A stretch of 50,454 nt of DNA, filler included, from Trypethelium eluteriae (GCA_051942245.1; 2 parts of 2 records of this genome joined end to end with filler, not necessarily neighbours in it), one strand, 5' to 3'; shown: positions 25,295 through 36,980, counted from the whole stretch's first letter. Translations and numbers: made by a program. Notes: generated by a model not told the origin, from the sequence alone.

Positions 25295-26636
25295 GGGGCA
25301 CGCGGCTGGGGGAGGGAGAGCAGTTAGTAGAGATTCGCGGGTACGTACTCTCTGACCCTATAACAGCGGCCGTGTTTTCTTAACTACCTTCTTCCCCCTT
25401 CCCCTTTCCCCATTTCTTTCTCGCGTTTGAATTCAGGCGAGGCGATGTGTCCGCGCGGAGGCAGCCATCGATCGCCAACCAGCGGCTTGGAGGAGCGCCG
25501 AGGGGCGCAAGGACGGCCGGGTAGTGGCGTAAGCCTATGGGATCCGTTCGGCTGGGTCTGCAGCCAGGCGGTCCCGATTCTGTGTGACGCTGAATGATGT
25601 ACGAAAGGGCGGAATACGAGATTGCTGATTGGCTATGTGTCGGTACCTGAGAGTGACAATAAAGACGAAAACAATACTTAGCCCTCTTCCTCAGAATCTC
25701 CAAGGCAAGGCTGGCAGGAGGTCCTGAGAGGGATGACGAGCTCAAGGTACTCATCCATCCGCACGATGATGCCCCTCTTTCTTGAAGGCCAGACCATTAT
25801 GTCATTACCACGCCGCGGCCGAGGAGGCACCGGCGATTTTGGGGGGGGGTAAGGCTTCTTGGTTCCATTTAGACCAATGATCCGAAAATTCCAGGGCTGG
25901 TGCAGGTGGATGGCGCCATGCGTTTTGCTGCAGGTAAGAACAGATCAGTTATTGGCCTGGTCATGTGTCGTGCAGCAAGCAGAATTAAAGATGAAAGCAC
26001 GGCTGTTTCTGAAAGTTGAGAAGATAAGAGGAGTGAATGGGCGATGATTCTTCGACTGCTTTGCCGTACCGGCAAAGTGGGAGCTTGGTTGATTGCAGGA
26101 GAAGGATTCTACCTTGCATAAACTTACAGGATGCGATCTGAGTGGCCTGCTGCACCTACTGCGTCTAGGATGAAACCACTAGAAGCTACAGTTAGGCTAC
26201 CGGTAATAACCGCAGCGCTTCTTACCGGCCTTGTGGTTAGGAGCTGTTTACCGATAATCTTGTTGGGCCTTCCATTATTAAGTTCAGGTTGCTGGGTTTT
26301 CAGGGGACGACGGAGTAATCCCGCGAGCCGCCCGCCAGCCTCATTGACCCCTCCTTCAGGCATGGAGCAGGGTGGGGCTAATAATCCTCCGTAGTCGTAG
26401 TCGAGATACGGAGTACTGTAGTAAGACGAAGGGAGCTTGGACCACATGACGATAACCAATGACGCGGAAATGGGCAGAACCACAGAACTTGGATCACGAC
26501 CCTCAGACGCCAAGAGCCTCAACTCAACATCTCCTGTCTCTACGGCCTTGGTACAACTCTCGACGTTCTCTTGCGCGGCATGCTTGCAGAATGACAGCGC
26601 GGAAGTTGTAATGCAAGACTGGCGGCGCTTCACGGC

Positions 26637-27542
26637 ATGGCTGCCCCAAAGACTGCTGCAACGCGCTTTTCCTTAAATGATCTTTGCGACGAGCTACTGC
26701 TGAATATTTTCCATTACCTAGATGTTCCAGATCTCTTAACAGCCTCAAGGGTAAGTTTTCGTTTGCGGAGACGTTCACAAAACATTTCGGCTCCTCCGTG
26801 TCTGCGAGCTTGAAGCTCCCCGCATCATGAGCAGTATAGAGACAAAGCAACCTCAGCAAGAGCCACCACACTCAAGGAGTTCCGGGTAAAGACCAGATTC
26901 CACAGATCCATCACTAACATTTATCCCGTCTTGCAGACATCTCGCCGATTCCGCAAACTATCCACAGACCCCATCCTACACGCGCAACGCCGACGCCTCG
27001 CGACACAACGGCTCTCCGTCCGTCTCCCAGCCCGTCCGCCCCTCTCCTCTCTTCTCCCACCTTCCTCTACCATCTACCTCACAACCACGCATGTCGCTGC
27101 GCGCACACTCTCTCGCGCTCTTGTGGCCATCAAGTTGAACCGCTGCCTCAGTCGACGCCCCTCCGCCGCATCGCTTATCGATAAGGGCGTCTTGCCCAAA
27201 GAATGTTTCGTCAGGGAAAAGGCCGCGGGTGGCGATGAGGCTGTGCGTTCTGGTGTCGCGTGGGGCATTGTCGAGGCGAGACGGCGGGTGGAGAGGGAAA
27301 GGGTGAAGGATGGGTTGCGGGTCTGGGTAGGTAGGATGGCGGGCAAGATCCAATCCGGCAGGGTGGAGAGGACTGGCTGCGGGGTGTGGAGCATGGTGTG
27401 GAGGTTTTCGAGAGGCGAGAGAGGCCGAAGGGAGAGGGAAAGGAGTGCAAGAAGGGAGGAGGCTATACCTGGTCGTAGTAGGGTCGGCGGGCTGAGGAGA
27501 TTTTGGGAGGAGATTGCTGAGGGGCAAAACAGCTCTCCATAG
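26637..27542 (+). CDS. F-box protein with RPEL-like repeats
   Basis: Exon 1 26637-26750 (missed by ORF track) MAAPKTAATRFSLNDLCDELLLNIFHYLDVPDLLTASR; intron 26751-26936 (GTAAGT..ACTAAC..CAG); exon 2 TSRRFRKLSTDP..RLSVRLPARP..KLNRCLSRRPSAASLIDKGVLP. Confidence 0.85.
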
Positions 27543-27909
27543 CTCTTTGGTGGATTCGGCGAAACATGGTCTGGAGTTGGAGGTTTATGGGTTCTCGCGC
27601 ACTTGCAGGCATTACAGGTAGCATATGGGTTCGCTGATGTTCGGGATTCTCTGTTGTGGGTCGAGAGTATTGCAGCATACAGCGCCATGATGCGTGACTG
27701 TGATTCTATCTCTCATGTCCCTGAAACATCGTAAGTGGGTAGTTGCCTAAATTGTCATCATGTTCGAGATGCCTGGAAAGGAATCCTTGAGTCATGGTGA
27801 TCAAATGCTAGAGGTGGTCTCGGCGAGTGAGATAAGAAGTTGCGATGGGCGAGATATCATCCACGGCTGCCTCACCTATCCAGAAGGGACACGAGAGCAG
27901 CTTCCTCAT

Positions 27910-28134
27910 TGACTCATAATTGAAGCGGTACGTGTGTTATGATTCATTCTCCGGAAATTTCGATATGATATAGGCCTCAGCAGTATTAGGTGAGGGAAGT
28001 ATACTAGGTACCTAGGTAGGTAAAGCGTGGGCGGCGGAGAGGGAGGTACCGGAGGCTTAGTGGAGCGCCGCGACCAATCAGCGAAAAGGCCACCTTACGT
28101 TCCATCAAATCACCAGCTTGGGAGAAAAGGCCAC
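27910..28134 (+). promoter_or_regulatory. candidate stress/UPR elements of the BiP promoter
   Basis: TGACTCA (27910-27916), TACGTG (27929-27934), CCAAT (28074-28078) and an 11-bp direct repeat GAAAAGGCCAC (28083-28093, 28124-28134) upstream of the BiP ATG. Confidence 0.4.
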
Positions 28135-28379
28135 GCTTGCAACAACTAAAATAAAAATATCCTCGACTGAGCTCGTCAAAAAAGTTTCCTACTTCCACTC
28201 CACCCGACCCTTTCTTGCCCATCACTTCCCGCACTTCGGGCTGCGAATCCTTCATTCCTCCAACCACTGCTTCGTTACTCTGTCTGCCGAGCATATAGTT
28301 TTCTACAACTGCTTGAATACACCAGCTCTGGTTTGGAGCATCTTCCTGTCCCTTTCATCCACACCTCCCTCTCCTTAGG

Positions 28380-30648
28380 ATGGCACGCAGGTCGAGGCAA
28401 GGGGCCTCGAGCTCCTTCCAATGGACTACTCTTCTTTACCTACTACTTGTTCTTTGCGCCCCAATGGTGCTCTTAGCAACATCTGCCAGGGCCGATGACC
28501 CAGAACCTCTCAAGGACAAGCAAGTTTCAGGACCAGGTAGGCTTGCAATCCGCTCTAATTACCAGATACAATGCAACAAAGACTAATCCGTCGCCACCAG
28601 TAATCGGTATCGATTTGGGAACAACCTACTCATGTGTCGGTATTATGAAAGGTGGCAAAGTCGAGATCCTCGTCAACGACCAAGGAAACCGTATCACACC
28701 ATCCTATGTGGCCTTCACTGATGAAGAACGTCTGGTGGGTGACGCCGCCAAGAATCAATACGCCGCGAATCCCCATCGGACAATATTCGACATCAAGCGG
28801 TTGATCGGTCGAAAATTCAATGATAAGGATGTTCAAAGTGATATGAAGCATTTCCCCTTCAAGGTTGTCAACAAGGATGGTCAACCCCGTGTTGACGTCG
28901 AAGTCACTGGGTAAGCGGACATAAATCTGCCTTGGTGAGCTTTTTCCGCTGACCGAACTCGAAAAGGTCACAGAAGCAATTCACTCCTGAAGAAGTGAGC
29001 GCTATGGTTCTTGGCAAGATGAAGGAAATCGCAGAGAACTATCTTGGCGAGAAGGTTAAAAACGCAGTCGTCACTGTCCCGGCCTACTTCAACGACGCTC
29101 AAAGAGCGGCCACCAAAGACGCTGGAACGATCGCTGGCTTGAATGTCATGAGAGTGGTCAACGAGCCTACCGCCGCCGCCCTTGCCTATGGTCTTGACAA
29201 GACCGATGCAGAGCGCCAGATTGTAGTCTACGATCTTGGTGGTGGTACTTTCGATGTGTCCATCCTGACTGTTGACAACGGCGCTTTTGAAGTCCAGGCT
29301 ACTGCTGGTGACACCCATCTCGGTGGTGAAGATTTTGATCAGCGAGTCATGAACCACTTTACCAAGAAATATAACAAGGAGAACAATGTTGACATTACCA
29401 AGAACCCGAAGACGATGGGTAAGCTGAAGCGTGAGGTCGAGCGCGCTAAGCGTATCCTGTGAGTCTTACCGCAAAGATTTCCAAAACTGACTTCTGACTA
29501 ATGTCCACTCAGATCTTCTCAAATGTCCACCAAGATTGAAATCGAAGCATTCCACGAGGGTCAAGATTTCTCGGAAACTCTTACTCGCGCCAAATTTGAA
29601 GAGCTTAACAATGATCTCTTTAAGAAGACGCTCAAGCCAGTTGAACAGGTCTTGAAAGACGCCAAGCTGAAGAAATCGGACATCGACGACATTGTCTTGG
29701 TTGGTGGTTCTACTCGTATCCCCAAGGTCCAGAGCATGCTCGAGGACTACTTCGGCAAGAAAGCAAGCAAGGACATCAACCCCGATGAAGCTGTTGCTTA
29801 TGGCGCCGCTGTACAAGGTGGTGTTCTCTCTGGCGAGGATGCTGCTGGTGGTATTGTTCTTCTTGACGTCAACCCGCTTACCCTTGGTATCGAGACTACT
29901 GGCGGTGTCATGACCCACTTGATCAAGCGTGGCACCACGATCCCCACTCGCAAGAGCCAGATCTTCTCCACCGCTGCGGACAACCAGCCTGTGGTCTTGA
30001 TCCAGGTGTTTGAAGGTGAACGCTCCATGACCAAGGACAATAACCTCCTCGGCAAGTTTGAACTCACCGGCATCCCTCCTGCGCCACGTGGTGTTCCTCA
30101 AATCGAAGTATCGTTCGAACTCGATGCCAACGGTATTCTCAAGGTCTCTGCCGGTGATAAGGGCACGGGCAAGTCTGAGTCCATCACGATCACCAATGAT
30201 AAGGGTCGTCTCAGCACTGAAGAAATCGAGCGTATGGTTGAAGAAGCCGAGAAGTACGCCGAGGAGGACAAGGCAACACGCGAGAAGATCGAATCTCGCA
30301 ACGGACTTGAGAATTACGCTTTCAGCCTGAAGAACCAGGTGAATGACGAGGAAGGTATGGGCGGCAAGATCGACGAAGATGACAAGGAAACTGTAAGGCA
30401 CCCTGCATTCGACACTTGCGTAGATTTTGGCTAACCCTTGATAGATTCTGGAGGCAGTCAAGGAAGCAACAGAATGGCTCTCGGAGAACGCCGAAACGGC
30501 TACGACCGAAGACTTCCAAGAGCAAAAGGAGAAGCTCAGCAACGTCGCCTACCCGATCACGAGCAAGATGTATGGTGGTGCAGGTGGCGCTGGCGGTATG
30601 CCAGATTACGGTGATGATGACGACGTGCCCGAGCATGAGGAGCTGTAG
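28380..30648 (+). CDS. kar2: ER Hsp70 chaperone BiP
   Basis: Signal peptide, [57 protein letters not shown]-terminal ER-retention-like HEEL. Introns 28537-28600, 28910-28967, 29458-29512, 30393-30444. Confidence 0.98.
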
Positions 30649-31983
30649 ACGAAGGATCAGTCATCGGCGAAATGGGAAATGGGGTAAGAATCCTTGCATC
30701 AGAGTGTGTATATCCCAGCATATCCAAGTTTCTTCATTAGCGCTAGACTACTTTTTTTTCAGAGGTTGTTCTGATCACGGAATTTCAAAAGTTTATTTAA
30801 ACTTCTGTCGTACCTGAATATGCTGCACGGTTCTGCGGGTGCTGCCGCCCATTCTCCGAAAATAAATTTGTCCAGCACTGCAAGGATGGAGCGTCGAGGA
30901 CGTCTTCGATACAGGTTTTGGAACGAATCTACGAATGATGAATGTGGGTCTGGAGTCGCGTCCGGTCCAATCAAGATGCAAGGATCATCGATCAGGTCAA
31001 AGTGGAAAAAAAACTTTATGCCACTTAACTGACTATGAGCCTTGACAAGACGCAGCTACGGCTCGAAGTATTCCCACCCCTGTCTCCAGCGGCAAGTCAA
31101 ATGTACCTACACACCGATTTTCTCGTAGTTTCCATACCAGGCCAAGCTCTCATCACTTCAAAGCCTTCCCCTCCCACCGCCTCGTTCACCTCACCCAAAC
31201 GACCACTTCTCGCCTCCCACTACTCTGCAACCGAGCCTTAGTCTCTGCTTGTTTCCCCCTGTCTTGTCGCCCAGGAGAAGTAGAACCTCTTGCAGCATAC
31301 TGATCTTCTACCCAGGCAATCTAGGAAGTTGCCTAGTCCACAGCGAAACCGCGCCCCATTCCGCTGCGAGTGTGCTCACCGCTTCAACGCAGCCAATTAT
31401 CCAACCCGCGAAGTATTACACTTACCGGGACAGTGCAGTCCTTCGGTACCCATTGCAGGATGCGGGACAGCGATACAATTGTGCAGGTGGATGATTGTGA
31501 GAGGACCGCAATGACATGATAACGAAGACAACCATGACAGCGACGGCGCCAAGGAGCGGAAGCAGGGAAAAGAGGGCCAACAGCGCCCAGCGGTCTCGTG
31601 TGGTAGATCGCACAATCGAGTGGTACGTCTCTGGGGTTGAGGGACGAAATGGTAGATGTGGTATATGGCGGTGTCGGTAGACGGAGACGCTCTTTCAGAA
31701 TTGAACGCGAAGGAAGGGAAGGCGTGCGTGCGTCAACATTGATAGTTCACGGGAATAGTGAAGCTCTCGAAAATTTTGAGGAAACGGTCAGAAACAATTG
31801 ACTGATTGATACGTGGTCAAAATTAATGATCAGTAATGTACGTGCCTATCAGTAGATTGATATTAGGAAGATCAAGAGATTAGCATTGTATTCCGCACAT
31901 AAGAAGCCTTGCCAGCCTCACTACTAGTCTTATTGATCAGGCTGTGGAGGTGGTAGAAAAAGTAAACAGTAAGATTCAGACAC

Positions 31984-32997
31984 TCAGTTCAACGGTTTCG
32001 GGAGAACTATCAATAGTTCCGTGAAGAGCTTTATATTTTCAGCCTCATCATATGCTTGACTACTAGAAATTCTTTCCTCTACCGGAGCAAACATCTTCCC
32101 GAGTAGCTCCGCTGCCGGGTCCGAAATCATCGGGATCCTTCTCTTAATCACTTTAAATCGATCACGGGCATTAATAATCCCTTGGAACCATCTTTGACGA
32201 ACGAAGTCGTCGTTCAGCAACATCATACCAAGTGTTTGACCCAGATGCCAAACGTCTGCTGCTGCGGTGTTGAAGGGTGTGCGATTGCTAGGGTCGGTGG
32301 AGTGTTCTGTGATGGAAGATATCATTAATTGCGTATCTTGTAAAATGGAGGATTACTGACTGGGAGCCCTGTGACCGCCGTATGTTTCATGGTTAGTCAC
32401 GGTATCAAAATCCACGAGCTTGACCCAATTACCCTCTCCTACGAAGACTATGTTCGGCGGCTTGGGGTGAAAATGATATAAATGGTGCGCGTGCGCATAC
32501 CGTATTGCATCAAGTACTTGCAGGAATATGGATCGGATTGCAGCGTTTGTCAATTTCTTTTTCTGCTTTATTAAGGTGTTGTTTAGATCCGGGCCGGCAT
32601 TGAGTTCCATCAGGTATACTTGCCAATTGTCTTGTGTATCGTTCCAACGGAAGCCTTCGTATGCATGGTTAATGTTGGGATGGGAAAGAGATTTGGTCAG
32701 GAGATTCGGTGTAATAACGTCATCTGCCTTTCTCACACGTTTGAGGGCAATTTCTGTCCCATTGCCTCGTTTTGCTTTGTAGACGCTACCGCTACCCCCA
32801 CTACCGATATGCTTCAAAGTGGTAATCGTCGTGTTTCGGCCATCTGCTTGGAGACAAAGCTGTAAATTCTGGTCCTCATTCTTCTCGCCATCATCCAGGT
32901 ATTTCCATGATTGCACGGTATAATGGGGAGGTGTTGAAATTATTGGCTGTAGAAACAACGATCCTACAAGAACTATCTTACTGAGAAATCGTATCAT
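31984..32997 (-). CDS. signal-peptide-bearing protein kinase-like protein (probable pseudokinase), 319 aa
   Basis: MIRFLSKIVLVGSLFLQPIIS leader; IGSGGSGSVY, IALK, LSHPNI, VYLMEL, LYHFHPKPPNI, VKLVDFD, DVWHLG. Intron 32307-32360 (GTCAGT..CAG) joins two ORF-track entries in frame. Confidence 0.85.
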
Positions 32998-33069
32998 CTT
33001 GAGAGGGAAGACAGTATTGACCGAGCCAGCGATCGATTTGAGTGAATATCAGAATACCATTCTAGATGG

Positions 33070-33518
33070 TGGAATCTCAATAAATAGATGATTCCTCACC
33101 CAACAAGTTGTCGGTAAATACATAGCCTAGTCAGTTCTGGGTGTCGTCAAATTCGGGCTCTGTCTATTGGTAGCGTTTCTCCGGTCCATTCTTCCTAGTG
33201 CCGCTGCTATATGCACCGAGTAAAAGGGAGGGATTGAACTGGGATCTGAAGAGAGAAGGTAAAAGTGTAGAGGTGTCAGGGGGAGCTGGTCACACCGAGG
33301 CTCAATATCAAAGTAGGTGGCCAATTCTGGCCCGTGAGACTGCCTTAAACCAGGCTTCCGGGGTTGGACGCCTTGATTCAGCCTTGTGCGGTGTTGGCCT
33401 GATGCCGTAACCACGCACGCCATGGTCGACCTTCAAGACCAAAATAGTGCTGAAGACTTGGCTAGGCGAAGATCTTGCTTGCCACAATGGGAGCACATCG
33501 CCTTGGAATCTCAATAAA
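33070..33518. repeat. 15-bp exact direct repeat TGGAATCTCAATAAA (33070-33084 and 33504-33518)
   Basis: Both copies read directly from the sequence, 434 bp apart. Confidence 0.85.
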
Positions 33519-34391
33519 GGAGATCGCATAGAAAGTCACATCTTTGACTCCGGAGGATCTGAATTTCTGAAGTAGGTCACTTCTCAGATGAAGAGGAATT
33601 ATGGGAGAAAGTCTCGATTTGTGGCGTGGATACCAGCTGAGCGGTTGCATGATTAAACTTCAGCCACGTTACTACATTTGCCTTGGACCCCCCTGGCCTC
33701 AATTCGGAAGCGGAGGAGCCTCCGGAAGTTTCGCGTTGACGTATGGTGTGAAGAGAAAGCCTGGTATCACTTCGAACAATATCTGGCAGTTTCCAACGTA
33801 GAATCGTGGTCGTGCCATGTGATCAGTCGGAAGAGGATGTGAACAGGCTGGAAACGTGGATGAGCTTCGGGACCAGACAGTTCATTCACATTCCCTAGTC
33901 ATGTTCCATTTTTGGCCATTGTATTCATGTCTCAGCAGCAGAGGCCCAGTAACCATGGCTCCGATGTGCCTGCAGTCGTGTATCAGATTTGTATGAAAAT
34001 TCACTATTACAGACTTTGGCTTAAGGAGTATATCTGCGAACATCAAGTTAGAGTGAATCCCTGCAGAAGTCTCGTTGGCTACTCAACCTGTCCCCTCTCC
34101 CTGAGGCTATGCAACACTTCTGACGCCTTGCTGCCTGCGATCCAGTTGTTTCAAGCCATATAATAGCAAATCATGGATAGATTTTGCTTGAAACTTCAAA
34201 CCAAAGGAGCTAATTCCCCACTATACAGAATTAGAGCGTGGAGCAGGAAGGCAGAAAATGAAGGACTTCTTTTTAGTAGACTTTCTTTCAGCACTGAGAA
34301 ACAAGCTCCATAATATTTCTAATCTATGTAGAATTAGTCAATACTTATGCAAAAGCTCAAGTCAGGCATACTGAAGGAAGTATAATCGAAA

Positions 34392-36299
34392 CTAATGTAT
34401 CTCAAACTGTCGCATATAAAGTATAAGTTCGGCTTCAACTTCTGGAAGGTCAAGATCGAGAACGAAGCATTCGCCGACATTGACATGGTGACCATCCGTT
34501 GGTCGAAGTGCGAAAGGGAGAGGATGGGGGGCCAAATGACATAGCTCGTCGCCGTCTTCAAGTGTCATTGGCCCCAAGCCTAGCTTACCGCTCGCTGTCC
34601 GGAAAGGGAGATAATTTTGAGTACGAAGATGAATGGCTGGCATGAAGAATCTTTCTTGGTCAAGATCCTCATTGAGGATCAGATCAACGAGCCTCTCTCT
34701 ATCCTCCAATGGGGCCTCGACACCCAAGAACATCAAGGTAAGCGTAAATGGTAGGATATCCATTTGTTGCGCAGCCAAAGACCCTGCGGGAAAGACACCT
34801 TGATTCCTCATCTCTTCGAAGAGGACTCTGAGAAATCGTGCAGCTAGCCGGAAGAAGTTATCGCGCACTTTGATTTCCTGGTCTTCGCCATTTCGCCTAT
34901 CAATACCCACTAAACGAAAATAGGCGCATAAAGATGTTTCCCCATTGACCACCCGCCCCTTCAAGATGTCATTAGCAAATGAAGGATAGTCGGATTTCCC
35001 TCCGTATTCGGATTTGAGTGTCCAGAACGGGAAAAGTCCGTATGGATACACTTTGTCGACTCTCTCTATCTCGAATCCTCTCGCCAAAAGTACTCGGCCG
35101 TCAGTAGAGAAGTCAACCAGGTCCAATAAAATATCGTTGGCACTTGGGGGGTCTTGTAGAGGAAGACCAGTATTTGCGTGATTGTGGTCTTTCCAATTTG
35201 GTACCCAAGTTGGAAGGCTTTCCAACGTGTTGGCTGAGTGGAAAGTTCTTCCTGCGATACGCAAAACTTCAAGGGTTCTGTCCATTGTGATCGAATATCT
35301 AGCGAAATCTTGGTAAACTTGCTCAAGAGATTTGGTATAATCAGGACGAATAAGATCGTAGCGGGGAGCTTCAGATGATACAAGTCCGAGCAGTGCAAAG
35401 ACCTTATCCCGTGCGTCGGTTGCGTCTAAATTAGAAATATCTGCAACGGCTTCCTGGGGCAATTTTTCGAGATGCGCAGGCTCCGGACTCGAACGTGTGC
35501 GCATGAGCATGTTGAACATTGGGGATGCCTGTAGCTCCAATGAAGCTTGCGATTGCAAGTGGTTGGGACCATCGCCTGCAGCCTGCGCTGCATCCGAAGC
35601 TGTTCGCCCCGCGATGGCATCTCGCAGTTGGTCAATGTTCAATACTCTCTCGCCACAGCGTACATCGACCTGTCTAGCGAGCAAGAGCTCCTGGACGATC
35701 CATACCCTTGTCCAGTACGGGCGTGTGCTGAAGTTGCCCAGTGCTTGCCTGGCACTGGGGTCGAAAGCAAGCGGAACTTCTTTCTTCGCTTCTTCTACGA
35801 TGATCCCGTTAATGACCTGGTCGGGCATGCTGTCCGTGATGTGACGCATGAAGGGTGCCCAATACTCGGCCGAATCCAGAGCAAGGTCGCTTTCTTTATT
35901 CGATTCGCCAAGCCAGGCGATAACACCTTTTGCCTTGCTGTATATCAGTCCCATCATACTGACTTGGTGGCTTCGCTCATCTAAGTCATCCTGGTTGATG
36001 CAAATGGCGTCGGCCCATAGCATGACCTCCATGTCTTTGCTGCGGATGTGCCGCAGGGCCACTGCAAGATTTTGTCCGACGGATACATCGGAGTCGTCTA
36101 TTTGTAAGTTCAGCCGCAATTTAGGATCCCCCCAAACGTAGGACAAGGCATGATACACTGGGGGAGGCTCAGACCTCAATGATGCGACAATCGTGCTGCA
36201 TATAATTGGGGCCTCGAAATCTGCTGAAGGCAAGATGCGAAGCAGCCGAATCTCTTGAGAGCCTTTGTCCAGGCTGGCGTAGTGTAAAGTTGGGGTCAT
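34392..36299 (-). CDS. heterokaryon incompatibility HET-domain protein (HET-6-like)
   Basis: Intronless 635 aa: EIRLLRI, YHALSYVWG, LWADAICINQDDLDERSHQVSMMGLIYSKA, RPYWTRVWIVQEL, ATDARDKVFALLGL, LPTWVPNW, GKLGLGP..GDEL, VGECFV. Confidence 0.95.
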   Translation of the reverse strand: MTPTLHYASLDKGSQEIRLLRILPSADFEAPIICSTIVASLRSEPPPVYHALSYVWGDPKLRLNLQIDDSDVSVGQNLAVALRHIRSKDMEVMLWADAICINQDDLDERSHQVSMMGLIYSKAKGVIAWLGESNKESDLALDSAEYWAPFMRHITDSMPDQVINGIIVEEAKKEVPLAFDPSARQALGNFSTRPYWTRVWIVQELLLARQVDVRCGERVLNIDQLRDAIAGRTASDAAQAAGDGPNHLQSQASLELQASPMFNMLMRTRSSPEPAHLEKLPQEAVADISNLDATDARDKVFALLGLVSSEAPRYDLIRPDYTKSLEQVYQDFARYSITMDRTLEVLRIAGRTFHSANTLESLPTWVPNWKDHNHANTGLPLQDPPSANDILLDLVDFSTDGRVLLARGFEIERVDKVYPYGLFPFWTLKSEYGGKSDYPSFANDILKGRVVNGETSLCAYFRLVGIDRRNGEDQEIKVRDNFFRLAARFLRVLFEEMRNQGVFPAGSLAAQQMDILPFTLTLMFLGVEAPLEDRERLVDLILNEDLDQERFFMPAIHLRTQNYLPFRTASGKLGLGPMTLEDGDELCHLAPHPLPFALRPTDGHHVNVGECFVLDLDLPEVEAELILYMRQFEIH

Positions 36300-36980
36300 T
36301 CGTGACAGTTACTATCTCAATCAGGCTTGGAGTGCTCGGTATGGCTTGCTGTGAGGTCAGCTCTATAGCTGCTTCTTGGAGGGAAGGACGACTTTCTAAG
36401 AAAACAAGACTTTTCTTATATCTCCAGTATCATGATTGCCGTGAAAGAATGAAGACTAGAAGTCCTGCATCAGTGTGCGGTTCCAACATATGTTTGGACG
36501 AGCTGAGAGTATTCTACTCTACTGCGCCGCAGCGAACGGACCACGCAAACGCTCGAGGACATCGGAAGCGGCCGAAAATCTTCCTGCGGCTTCCGTCTTT
36601 GCATATCGTAGCGTACGATAGGGTAGAGTCTACGTTACGGAATAGAGATAGACCTATTTTATGCCGTAGGACGCTATTCTATATCCCGAATTCTGCTCAT
36701 CTCTATTCTTTGCTTGCTGGATTGCCTCGTTCTTTTCACTCTTAGAAGCTGGCATCCCTGAAAATATCGCTGCAAGACCCGAAAATCTGATGAGACAAGA
36801 ACATCAGCCTTCACCAATCTCACCAGGCCTCGACGTCATCCTGCAGACCACGTCGAAAGGACGCATTGCAAGCATCTAAATTTGGCCGTAAGCGCTGTAT
36901 TTCCAGTGGAGCCCAACAAGCCAGTCAATACATTCGCCAGGCAGAACTTTAGACAGCGTCGTAAGAAGGATCAACTACTT

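Noticed and set aside
26751..26936. Long intron as a possible snoRNA host
   Set aside because: Only weak hairpin and H/ACA-like hints by eye; not supportable without an Rfam or snoRNA scan.
29466..30542. 358-aa ORF antisense to BiP
   Set aside because: Long antisense frames are a well-known by-product of Hsp70 codon usage; it has no ATG start or independent gene signals.
30634..30648. BiP ends in HEEL rather than HDEL
   Set aside because: HEEL is a recognised ER-retention variant and not notable alone.
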